Assembly (NCBI GenBank): GCA_951406725.2
Contig: OX597815.1
Location: 156,798,001 to 156,862,000 of the forward strand
Origin: Octopus vulgaris
Taxonomy: Eukaryota
Reading direction: 5' to 3'
Length of the DNA: 64,000 bases
Shown here: piece by piece, positions 52,444-64,000 of the stretch
How the letters are laid out: every line of letters begins with the position of its first letter
Numbering within the stretch: position 1 is the stretch's first letter
Made by a program: the position numbers and the translations under genes
Notes under the pieces: model-generated
The model's database searches: none
Told to the model about the DNA's origin: nothing
Seen by the model: the letters and a program-made list of their open reading frames with translations, nothing else

Positions 52444-52515
52444 GGACACTGCTTGTATCGAACTCGGCATTTTGGGGTTAGTAGCCCGCATTTTTAACCA
52501 CTACGCTATATACGC
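52444..52515 (-). promoter_or_regulatory. tRNA-like Pol III promoter (A and B boxes)
   Basis: tagcgtagtggttaa (A box), anticodon-like arm cgggctactaacccc, gagttcgatac (B box); the + copy at 52604-52655 keeps the A box but lacks the B box. Confidence 0.75.
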
Positions 52516-52653
52516 ATGGGCAATTATGGAATAAATTTTAGGGTTTATAAATCTAATCCCTAATTATATTATAAGCCCTAAAATTCACTCCATAATTGCC
52601 GACGGGCATATGGCGTAGTGGTTAAGAGCGCGGGTTACTAACCCCAGATTCCC

Positions 52654-52688
<35 letters not shown>

Positions 52689-52739
52689 GCATCGAAAAAT
52701 ATCTTAGGAATGAGAACCTAGGTTTGAAATTTCCCCCAT

Positions 52740-52785
52740 GACACCTGACGAAGTCTGGAGGGTATACCAGCCGAAACGTTGTGTT
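52740..52785 (+). ncRNA. Type I hammerhead ribozyme motif
   Basis: GACAC-CTGACGA-A-GTCTGG agggtata CCAGCC-GAAA-CG-T-T-GTGTT; palindromic ACGT stem III; the - copy at ~52308-52353 has a mutated core CTGGTGA. Confidence 0.8.
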
Positions 52786-54190
52786 AACAACAAACAAGAT
52801 GAGGACAAATATCCTTCAAAGGTAAATAATGTAAATAATGTACATAATTTCTCATCTCTTAACTATAGAGCTGTGTCTTTGTGTTTGTGTTTCACCGCTT
52901 GACAATTTAGTGGTTCGGTATAAATAGACGGATTTCATCTACTTAGCCCTTCAACGTAGTGTCCTAACAATGTTTTTACATTTTAATGACTGAAACAAAG
53001 GAGAAAAATAGAAAGGAAAGAGGTGCACGGAGAGAGGCGGAGAATAAAAGAATCAGAAGAAAACGTCACCAACAGATATCTGTTACAGACCCGACAATAC
53101 TGATAGAGATCGAATAAAATGTTATATCCGCAGGTTCAATAGAACAGATGGTGCAATGCGTATATGAGCCTGATCCATCATCTATCTAGGACTGCTTTTG
53201 GACCACCTGAGCCGGTCTACGATCAATGGTGCTCCAGTACTACCTTCCCAAGTTTTTTATTTTCGGGAATAGTATATCTAGGCGTATTCTTTACAAGCAT
53301 CTTAAAACAATGTTGCTAACTTCTACCTAACCTTCCCATTCATTATCTTCTTTCTCCTTTCTCTCTCTACTCTCTCTACTCCCTTATCATTTGTTCTCTC
53401 AAGAATATTGGGAGAAGAAACCATACGTTATCTTTGAATGCGGTCGTAGACATGATTTGTAATCTATAGTGTAATTGTTTCATTTAAATTTGTAATGTGC
53501 CCACAACAGAATCCGATTTCTGCTTTCAGTTTCTGTTAGTTTCAATCACATAAAAATCGTATAACGAATTTCGACAGAACCTACTACAACTAAAATATAT
53601 ATTCTGTATCCAGCGTTAAGCATTACTCTCTCACGATTTCATTTTAACAATTCTATTTCCATTGAATCAATTTACAAGCACTCAAAAGACAAGAAACCAC
53701 ATGTATTTGTTGAGCGACAGCTATATTCATTTTTAAAATTACACAATGTAACACATGTTTTGTTTATTAGTACTTTTTGATGTTCATATATGCATTTTTT
53801 CCCACTAAATTCAAAAATCATATTCGTTTTGACGTAACATCGATAGTTATTTATTTATTCTTAATTTCATATTTGCTCGTTACGTTTATAACTTTTCTCT
53901 ACAGCACTTTGTTGGTTTAATCTATTTTAGTATTGTAAAGATAATTACACAACATTTAGTATTTTTTCATATATTGAAAGGTATTTAGGAAGTATAATAT
54001 TAGTTAGAACAAAAAGAAACAAAACTCTGCACTGTAAATGCCTTGATAACTCTTTTCTTAAGATGAGAAGTGCTTTGATGATCGATATTTTCTGCTAGCT
54101 CACTCTGATTTGGAAAGTGAGACTCCGAAGTCGTTCTTGGTACGAAACCTTCCTCCTTTTCTTGGCTGCTGCTATTGTTGACTCTTCAGA

Positions 54191-54594
54191 TTAAATATTT
54201 TCTGGTGGTAGGGTTACTCGTAAACTGTCATCATGTGGGACAGATTCTCTAGATGGTGGTATGTCTGGATAATGAAGAGATTGTCTTCTTTTCACTTTTC
54301 TGTACTTTGTCACATCGATCATACAAAAGTAACAGACATCGTGATGGTTCTTTGGCTCTGTCCATACCCTTGGGATGGCAAAAAGCATTGGCCTTCCTGT
54401 ACCTCTTAACCATCCTTCCAGAGTAGATCGACAGCTTCCACACATCATATGGGGCTATAGTTGTCCTGGTCACCCATGAGTATTCACAATTTGGCACCTT
54501 TCACGATCTTATGTAATACCTGCTTTTTTCCAATATATTAACCACACACATAGCCAAATGTATCTGGGGAATTTTTGCATATTCTAGTAGTCAT
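54191..54594 (-). pseudogene. DNA transposase N-terminal zinc-finger remnant, probably Chapaev3-like (CMC superfamily)
   Basis: MTTRICKNSPDTFGYVCG*..CGSCRSTLEGWLRG..FAIPRVWTEPKNHHDVCYFC..YPDIP..VPH; superfamily assignment from memory. Confidence 0.6.
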
Positions 54595-55366
54595 CCTGAA
54601 AGTAGCAGAACTTAGTAATTGATCTGAAAGAGAAAATTAGATACATTTAATAGCGGAACATTATAACAATACTGAATATATAATAACATTGAAAGTCGAC
54701 TTAATTTTTAACTGTTGATGATACACAAAGAATAATTTCATTTTTGGAATCAGAAGAAACAATGGATTGACAAACAATAAAAAAAATATACAATAAACAA
54801 TTTTTTAAAAAATTGTTACGTTGTATTACTGAATGCAAAACTATGATTGAAGTAATTCTGTATTTCCTGATTTATATTTTAAACAAAATTTCGTTATTTC
54901 TTCTTACTCGTTTTAAAGTAATTATTTCCATGGTAATATTCGCTCCTTTGCCTTTTCAACCAGGCAATATTTCTTCCAGTACACCATTTCTATGTAAATC
55001 GCAAAAACTTGGTGCAAGAACAACATAGTTATTATGCTTGATTATCATATCGTTTGGAGAAGGGTTGACCTTTCGTATACATTTACACTGATTCGCCATA
55101 CCAGTATGAAAGGCATTTAGTTCCAATGACTCTGAAAAATGCCGGGATATTCTGATTATGGCTTCTAAGAGTAATGAATTTAAAAGGCCAAATGAACATG
55201 GTATGGTGTCATTGGAGAGGAAATTGGCTTATATACTTAGCGACTCCAACGACCCCGCAGACAATCGATCCTTAGCTCATTAAGGCCAAGTTAATTCAGT
55301 ATATAATTACAAACAAAAATTCTTAGAGAGAAGTATTCTTCTATCGAAAAAACCATCCATATTATA

Positions 55367-55600
55367 TATTTCTTTACTACCCACAATGGGCTAAACATAG
55401 AGGGGACAAACAAAGACAGACAAAGGGATTAAGTCGATTACATCGACCCCAGTGCGAAACTGGTACTTAATTTATCGACCCCGAAAGGATGAAAGGCAAA
55501 GTCGACCGAGGCGGAATTTGAACTCAGAATGTAACGACAGACGAAATACGGCTACGCATTTCGCCCGGCGTGCTAACGTTTCTGCCAGCTCGCCGCCCTA
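55367..55600 (-). mobile_element. Young full-length family A SINE with 14-bp TSD
   Basis: ccatccatattata at 55353-55366 and 55602-55615. Confidence 0.92.
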
Positions 55601-56034
55601 TCCATCCATATTATAGTATGTTAGGATTTCTAATTGGTTGAAAAAAAGGGGTTGGTATATCTCAGAAAAACAGTCTTCATAATCTGAAACATTAAAAGGA
55701 TTTTCTTCTTTTCCCTTTTTTCTACGAGACATTAATAAAGTCGTTTTATCAGGACTAGTTGTAAGGTAGCTGAGTCTTGGCTCCCTTTCAATATTTTTTA
55801 AATTGAACAAAGAGCTACAAATATAAAAATCAAGTATTTATTTTAATTTATTAATTTTAAGAACGTTTTGTTTATTTTCATTTTCCATTTTTATTTTGAA
55901 TATCCCAAACATATTACGCGACACCTACGTTCTGCAGTGATGCCTTGGCTGATAAATCCAGTTGCCGACTTTTTACTATGAGAAATTTAAAGGAGGTTTT
56001 AGGTGCAAAGTCATGGAGTGTATTAACAACAATA

Positions 56035-56105
56035 CGATGATGGTAGTCTGACAGAATCGTTAAAGCGTTGGACAAAATGTTTTGTGGTATTTCTACGGTT
56101 TTTTT

Positions 56106-56143
<38 letters not shown>

Positions 56144-56260
56144 CGGGTTCAAATTCTGTCGAGGTCAAATTTACCTTTCAATACTCCGGGATCAATAATT
56201 TAAAGTCCCATTCAAGTATTGGAATATAGTTGACTAACTCCTTCCCCTCAGTATTACTCG
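56035..56260 (+). mobile_element. Diverged family A SINE with (TG)n expansion between A and B boxes
   Basis: ctgacagaatcgttaaagc..(TG)n..gggttcaaattctgtcgaggtc. Confidence 0.7.
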
Positions 56261-59200
56261 CTGAGAAGTTCAGCTTGAGTAACTAGACTATTTTCATGAT
56301 TAATGAGTTTTATTTATTCCTTTAATTATTTATTTCTTTATAATACAGTTATAATGGTGTGAGAGTCAAACATTTTCTCCGAGGAATTTAAAATATTAGA
56401 TATTTGAAATGAATTGAAAAAACAACGAGAGGGAATTAAAAACTCATGTTTTTTTCTTTCCCACTCCTTGTGTATCACCAATAATTGCTTTTCTTCTCAC
56501 ACATTACTCTTCTCCTTTAGACTATCAGAAATAATAGAGCTCAATTAAATATACAAATACAGTCTCATTAAATATACAAATATACATTTAACACTTGCGT
56601 TGTTATAAACATCTTCTGAACATCTCCCCATAAAAATCAGAGGTTTTTCAAATCAATAAGCTTACCTCTACATCGACGCTTGACCGCTTAGAAATAGAAG
56701 CCAACCAAATTTTGCCTCTCTTGTTACACTAAAGTTTTGAGACAAACACACAATAATATAGATCAAGTATAAAAATCGGATGTTCGAGGTTGGAGCGTCT
56801 TTGACCATAAATCAATTCCAGCGAAGTTGATTAGGGTTAAACAGAATCCACAACAACAGTGGCATCATAAACTTCTTCGTTATATCAGAAATATTCATGG
56901 CAAAAGCTATTTTATAAACAATTTACGTTTTAGTGACGAATCTATTGAATTTATTCAATTTTATACATACACTTTTCGTGATTCGTCTGACATCAAAGAT
57001 ATTAAACTCATTAATAAAACTCGAACGCATGAATATGCGTTGGCGTTGTCAAAGTCATATTATCGATCTGTGTATGCAGTGATAATTTCAACGTATGCTT
57101 AGATATTTTTCAATAAATAAATGTCAGTAAATTTTAACCAATCATACGTGTCTGGAAGAATAGAGAAGACATGGTATCAATGTTATTAAAACTTCTGCAA
57201 GGAAATATTCTCAGTGCTTTCTTTTCTTTTGTTATTTATATGGACATTATCTAAGACGTGACTGATAAATAATACTTCATATTTTCCTAAATCATTATTT
57301 TAATAAATATTTAAGCCTATTTATTACAACTCCTTTCTGTCCCCTCCCTCTCTTCTCTTTTCCTCTCCCGTTCTCCCCATTTTTTCATGTGCCATGCCTA
57401 CAAGCATCGTTAATCATGGACAACGTCTGAAGATTCATGAGTTCTCAAAGTCAGGTGCTGCAATATATTTTCGTTGTGTTCTGTCAGTTTATAATTTCCT
57501 CTTCTATCCTTCTTCTCTATCGAGTTTACTCTTGAATTACAGGGGCTATTTACGGAGGGCTGGTTCATATGACATCAGGAACTGTCTCATAGTGAACCTT
57601 TGTATGAGAAGTTTTCCGAGTACTGTATACTTTAGCCATAAGACCATCTATTGTTTCACCCATAATTAGAGTCTCTGAATGTACCGCTACTCCGAGTCAG
57701 AGTAGACTTGGAAGCAATGATCCCTAAAATTTTGGAACTCCCAAGCTGTATTTTCATCACTGTTTATATTTTAATGTTTTGCCCAAGCCGATTATACTGC
57801 AACTTAGTGTTACTTATTCACCCACGGAAGGAACAAACTCCCCTGTTAAAGGAAATAATACAGCACTTATGAAGAAATACTATCATATAACATTTCAGAG
57901 AACTTTATAAAGAATCGGTCATTGGATAAAGTCTGCTTTTAATAGAAACTCAGAACTTTAAGAACTAGTACGTAGCACAATGATTGTAAAGTGCATATGC
58001 CTTAGGGTGAGTGTGTGATTTGTCACAGTTACAAGCAAACAGTAATCCTGATAGATGAAGCTCAACAAATTTGAAATACAGACGCTTCCACAATTTGTAA
58101 ATATTCTGTTGCTAAATGTCATACAATGTCATACAATGAAATTGTTTTTCAACAACAACATCTGCTCCAAGTATCGCTTGATATTTGAAACTAAGTAATG
58201 GCTTTGAGCTGCACTATTTAGATATCAGAGATGATGGAAACTTAGTTTCAAAGTTGCGATAGTTATCAAGAATTAAGTGGCTGCTTGTTTGCTGTCCTTC
58301 TTGAATTGCTACTTGTAACTCATAAGGAAATGTTACTAGTATAAAATCAGCAACTGGGCAATCGTATACAATGCAAGACTTTGGTGCCAGAGCAAAATAT
58401 GCATTTGAAAATGAATAACAGAGCAAAAATTACCAATGCATCAATAAACTATGCTATGAGGTGATATATATATAAATTCGTATGCGTAGTATTTAAGAAT
58501 CCAAACCGGATATTATTCGAGAAATTATTGCCGGGTATGAAATTAATTGAGATTATTAAAGAATGGGCATAACTGATATTCATCAAATATATTTAGAAAT
58601 ATGGGTCATTGTTTTCAATGGGTTATCATTAGTTCAAGTACCTAGCTCATCTGACATTCAATTCCAGTAATTCCGTTGCCTATTTACCAAAAATTATAGT
58701 TACACTCTTTCCCATGCATTCTCTCCTATCAAACATTTTAAAATCTAACTGCTGTGCTTTCACGATTTCCCCTGTGGTGTATCATAAATGATATTATCAT
58801 TGAAACTTGATATACAATATTAATAATCCACGCGAGTTATTTAGAAATATTTTCATATTTGCTAAAATTATATCTGGCCTGTTGGTAATTGTTATTTTGT
58901 GCACACCACATACGGAATGTTAGTGGAGATTCTTCTTATTTTTCCTATCTTTGTTATTTCATTGTTTTCCAATTGCTATGTATAAGTCTAGTAGATATTT
59001 GTGAATTTATAACTGGAAGCTATAATAGATCTATAATATTGATACAATAAAAATAAACATTAGAGAACACACACTTCCAAGATGACCACCAGAGATGCTG
59101 ATGGCTCCTTTTTTAATATCGAAGATTGATTTTATTGATTTTCAAACTATTTTATTAACATTTCCATTTACATTGACTTAGCACAGTATTTCAGTTGATA

Positions 59201-59309
59201 ATAAAATTCCTTGCAATCTTGATGGCTTTATTTCCCACAATTTATGGTTTAGCGATGACATAAATTCATACTTTTCAGACATCCTGAAAAGCAGGATTTG
59301 TAAACAGAC

Positions 59310-59391
59310 ATGGCGTCTGTGGGTGGCAGACAGAGAAATTCAGGCGACTTGTCGACTTCGTTTCACAACAAACCATTTTCTCACTTCTATG
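59310..59391 (+). CDS. Candidate first coding exon of an unidentified host gene (exon 59279-59391)
   Basis: Acceptor cttttcag, in-frame TAA 9 nt before ATG, context gacATGG, MASVGGRQRNSGDLSTSFHNKPFSHFY, donor G|gtcagt; no homology recognised. Confidence 0.35.
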
Positions 59392-60281
59392 GTCAGTAAT
59401 CGCAAACACACACGCACGCACACATACACACGCACGCGCGCACGCACACACACACACACGCACACACACGCACACACTACAACACACACACATATTTTCC
59501 TCCAAGCTGAAGATAAAATTTAAATAAGATGGTTATATTAACGTATCAACATCGACGTATATATGAGCCAATCGATCAAATTTTAAATTTCTTTCTCTAT
59601 CTCTTTCTTTTCCTCCCTTTCTCTCTATCTCTCATAACTTCTTTCTCCTTCTCTATCTGTTTTCCCCTCTCCTCATTTTCCTCTCTTTCCCTGTTTTTCT
59701 CTCTTTTTTCACTCGTTTTCTGTCTTCCTTTCTTCCAATCTCTCTCCCCCTCTTCCTCTCACCCCTTCCCCTCTCCCACTCTAATACGCACACATATTCT
59801 CTAACTCAGTCATTTTCACGTACACACGAACCTTATCAATATTTAAACCAACACATTCCAGTGACAATACAACTTACTACTAATGCGACTGACAGTTTCG
59901 AGAATGTTGCAAAAAGAATGCAATACTGTTAGATATCATGTATTGTAAATTATAACTAATTGTTACGGCCATGTATTACATCAGTATGCTGTCAGTATGG
60001 ACTATAATTTACAATACGAAACACACTCATTAAAATATTAAACTATAACGATATGAAAGTAAACGGTGAACGAAATAACTTAATGAATTCTGAATAAATA
60101 TGAATCTGTCCAGAATAAATATAATTAAGTTGATTTAGATGTCTGTAATCCTCTAATGATATTTATGTCGTATTCGGGTATGTTTGTGTGATATTTACAA
60201 GCATTGTAAAAAGAAAAGAAAAGGGATTTAAGCAGTAAAAGAAAGGGAGAAAATGTGTGCCCTTTTGTCAAGTATTCTACT

Positions 60282-60630
60282 GGTGCAGCTGTGTGGTAAG
60301 AAGCTTGCTTCTTAACCACATCGTTTCAGATTTAGTTCCATGGCGTGGAAGTTTGGGCAAATGTCTTTTACTATAGCCTAGAGCCGAACAAAACCTTTTG
60401 AATGGATTTGGTAGACGGAAACTTTTGCGTGCATACGTGCGCGTATTTGTGTGTTTGTCTTTGTGACTGGATTTGTCCTTCAGCACCGCTTGACAACAGG
60501 GTTGGCTTGTTTACGCTCCAGTAACATAGCGTTTCTGAAGAAAGAACGCTAGGACAAGTAGCAGACTTACAAAGAAAAAAGAAAAAGAAAACAGAAAGAA
60601 TTGGAGTCGATTTGATCGACAAAAACCCTT
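60282..60630 (+). mobile_element. Diverged family B SINE
   Basis: gctgtgtggtaagaagcttgcttc head, ttgggcaaatgtc CORE. Confidence 0.8.
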
Positions 60631-61375
60631 GGGGATAGTGGAGAAGCTGGTAGTGGCGGTGGTTGTTGGTGGTGGGAATTAGCTGTAAGTTTGTTGCGAC
60701 TCAATATCAGTTTAGTTAGAAACAGTTAATTATTAATTATGTATGGAAATATCACCCAGTAACTTTATGAAGTGATTAGAATGAAAAATTACCTACAAAA
60801 TCCCTTTGATGCTCATAAATGGATATACTTGGCTCCAATTAAATAGTGTTGAACCGGTATACAATAAATCATTCCTAGTTATGACAGGAGACATAACATT
60901 TCGGGTAATTAATTAATAAATCCACTAATTAGCGTATTTCCCAAAATCTGAAATGTATATTTCAGATCATGAAAGGTATCTCATTTGTCTCAAAATTTTA
61001 ATTACTTTTTTTTTTCTTTAAACATTCTTTTGATTCCTAATTACTTTTTGTTCTTCAGTAGATTTCTGTAATCAATGTCAGTAAACAGCTTTCCCTCTAC
61101 TTTTTTTTTTTTTTTTGCTCACAATTTTATTCTCAAAAACAGGTCTGCAGAACATTTCTGCCTTATATATTTCCCTCCAAACACGAAACACTTAATATTT
61201 TCACTTCATTCTTGCCATTAACAGACTTCCCCCTTTCTTCTCAACGAAACATTTTCCCCTAGAAGTATTATTGTAATATTTCGTAATATATATCTTTTCT
61301 ATATGCGTATAAGCTACACGTTGCCATGGCTAAACGTAACAAGTAATACTTTCTTTTCCATCATCATGTAATATA

Positions 61376-61580
61376 CGAGATGGTGCCGAAACTTTCCTGG
61401 CTTTAACAGTATCGCGAAAGGCCTGATTGGAGGCCCAAACTTACAAGGCTCAGAAAAACTGAAGGACCGCTGTAGTAAATGTGTGAATCTGAGAGGGGAA
61501 TATATTGAATAAAATAATAATTAACTGATCCTCCAGTATTTTCTTTTACCCAAAGCCAGGAATTTTTCTGCACCTACTCG
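61376..61580 (+). mobile_element. Mariner-derived MITE with TA TSD
   Basis: TA-cgagatggtgccgaaactttcctggctt / aagccaggaatttttctgcacctactcg-TA; retains KLKDRCSKCVNLRGEYIE*. Confidence 0.85.
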
Positions 61581-62307
61581 TATACTTCTACTTTCATTCA
61601 CCCTACCAAAAGAAAAATTATTTCTGATTTCTTCTGTCTTCTTCCTTGTGTTCCTTTGGTTGCCATTTTCCAAAACGAATTTTGTTCTATTTTTGAATGT
61701 AAAGCTCTTTCATCTCACTAGTATTTTACATATTCCTGTATTAACTTAATTTTATACATCAGCAACAGGCTGTATGCATCCATATTCTTCTCCATCTGCA
61801 AATTACAACACAAAACGCAACGCAGATGCTCGTATATTGTAGTTGAATCTGGAAGTGATAACAGCCAAATTTTCCTCAAATCACAACCCACCATCTTATA
61901 AAAGAAGACGCATACGATATTGTAGATTCAGACACACATTATATTTAGAAAGAACACGGTATGAAATATTTTTCAACGTAATCTATCCTGGTGCTAAATA
62001 GCCATGAAATTATTGCAAGTAACGTGTGTGAGTCTCTATGGAGTTGCTCAACCGGATAGATATAGCAACAGAATTACCCTCAATTCATGCTAAAGTATAT
62101 ATGAATCAAAAATGAAAAGGTTAAAAATAGAACGCCTTGGAACATAGATTTCATTGATTGAGGCAGATCAATAAATACTTTCACACACACAAACAAATAC
62201 GACGATCTTCTTTCATTTTCCGTCTACCAAATACACGGTGGGACTGAACCCAGAATCATGTGGTTGAGAGGCAAGCTTCATACCCTACAACCACGCCTTC
62301 GCCTATG

Positions 62308-62339
<32 letters not shown>

Positions 62340-62342
62340 CAT

Positions 62343-62694
<352 letters not shown>

Positions 62695-62754
62695 TGATTT
62701 GATTCAGTGATTGGTCGAAGCTTATTTGCTGAAACGCTAGGTTACAGATATATA

Positions 62755-62982
62755 AACAAACCGACAGTGGTTGCCAAGCGTTGCAAGGAATAAGCAATAA
62801 CATACACACACACACACAGGCACACACACACACATACTCAACACAGTTTCCATCTACCAAATTCACAAGTCATCGATCGGCTCGAGTCTATAGTAGGAAC
62901 ACTTGCCCAAGGTGGCGCATAGTGAAACTGAATCCTAAGCCACGTGGTTGCAATATGAGCTTCTCAATAACACAGTCATGTC
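62755..62982 (-). mobile_element. Diverged family B SINE (another partial head at 62200-62303)
   Basis: cagtttccatctaccaaattcac..acacttgcccaaggtggcgca. Confidence 0.7.
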
Positions 62983-63724
62983 TTCTCTTTAATAAGTATT
63001 TTTGCTGTTTTGCTCTTCTTTCCAAGAGCCCGCAGCAAATGAACTAAATAGCAGTAAATTGCTGGAATTTTTTCAATCGTATGTACCTATTTCCAAATTT
63101 GTAGAATTGTGTTGAAAGTAGAAATCTCTATTATTAGGGTTTTATTCTCATCCTTGTACTCAAGTTTTTAAAACTAATTGCCAATTTAAACATCATTCAG
63201 TTTCACAACTTTCACAGCTCCAATGATTTATATTTTCTACTTTGTTCATCAAATGCACACGAACATACACATACGTATACAGACACACGCATTTGTATAT
63301 GCATATATAAATACACACACACACATACACACAAACACATATACCTATATGAACACCTACATATGCATGCACTCTTTTTCTCTCTCACACACAAACGCAC
63401 ACAAACACTTATGCACACGCACATGCCCACATGCACACAAACACTTATGCACACGCACACACACACACATGTATATTTGAATACCAATGTCTTGCAAGTT
63501 GTCATATTTTTCCGTTGCAAAACTTGTATGATTCCAAAGCAGACAGCGTGAAAATATCATTGGGGAATAACTGACAAGCAAATAATCAAATACTAATGGT
63601 CTATTGTATTGTGTTTCTAGCATCATGGCTATTACATCACATGACATTCTCAACATTTCGCAAACCAAGACTAGGTACATACATACATACATGCACACAT
63701 ACATATTTATTTATTTATTTAATT

Positions 63725-64000
63725 TATGCGCTCTTTTCAAGCCTAGTCAGGCCCGGTTTCCCGGTTTCTATGGCATGCGTTTCCCCCCACCACCACCACC
63801 ACCAGCTGGACGAGACGCCAGTCCATCGCAGCGTTACTCAAGAAACAGGAAAAAAAAGCGAGAGCAAGTTGGGCGAAATAGTACAACAGGGGTCACCGTC
63901 ACCCCCTGCTGAAGTCTCGTGGAGCTTTAGGCATTTTCGCTCAATAAACACACACAACGCCCGGTCTCGAAATCGAAACCGCGAGTCCGCTGCCCTAACC
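63725..64000 (-). mobile_element. tRNA-derived SINE with V-domain-like body, cut by window end
   Basis: Minus strand gtaacgctgcgatggactggcgtctcgtccag resembles the V-SINE core; head shared with 35250-35545. Confidence 0.7.

Larger units (their letters stand above)
52260..52870. mobile_element. Divergent inverted pair of a tRNA-headed, hammerhead-bearing element
   Basis: Arms ~52260-52550 and ~52570-52840 are diverged reverse complements; each reads tRNA-like head, (AAT)n, hammerhead, AT-rich tail. Confidence 0.9.
52058..53000 (+). mobile_element. Family B SINE split by the hammerhead inverted pair (head 52058-52210, tail 52872-53000)
   Basis: ggtgcag..agttccactgcgtagcagtggacaagtg on the left; gtgtctttgtgtttgtgtttcaccgcttgacaa..atgactgaaacaa on the right. 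Confidence 0.65.

Noticed and set aside
52444-52655. Functional tRNA genes
   Set aside because: Acceptor stems are poor, one copy lacks the T arm, and both are embedded in a repeat; treated as tRNA-derived heads.

Overview
AT-rich, microsatellite-dense eukaryotic DNA. The SINE families look like those of an octopus/coleoid cephalopod; this is recognition from memory, not a database match. No host gene is securely identifiable, apart from one plausible first coding exon at 59279-59391. The window is a mosaic of mobile elements: a young CR1-clade LINE with an uninterrupted endonuclease-RT ORF and (TAAC)n tail (39731-42782, -); a decayed Penelope-like element (RT + GIY-YIG) with an inverted pLTR (34830-37990); a cluster of ORF1-only zinc-knuckle retroelements (21550-27681); Helitron, maT, mariner and probable Chapaev3 remnants; MITEs; and many tRNA-derived SINEs. 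The most notable signal is a set of small, apparently unrelated non-coding elements carrying minimal Penelope-type hammerhead ribozyme motifs, often as inverted pairs inside microsatellites. They include (i) a two-copy ~147-bp family whose core reads GUGAACA, a compensatory G3-C8 swap of the C3-G8 pair, and (ii) an element joining a tRNA-like Pol III head to a hammerhead. All folds were read by eye and no activity is shown. Most ORFs in the supplied track are microsatellite artefacts.
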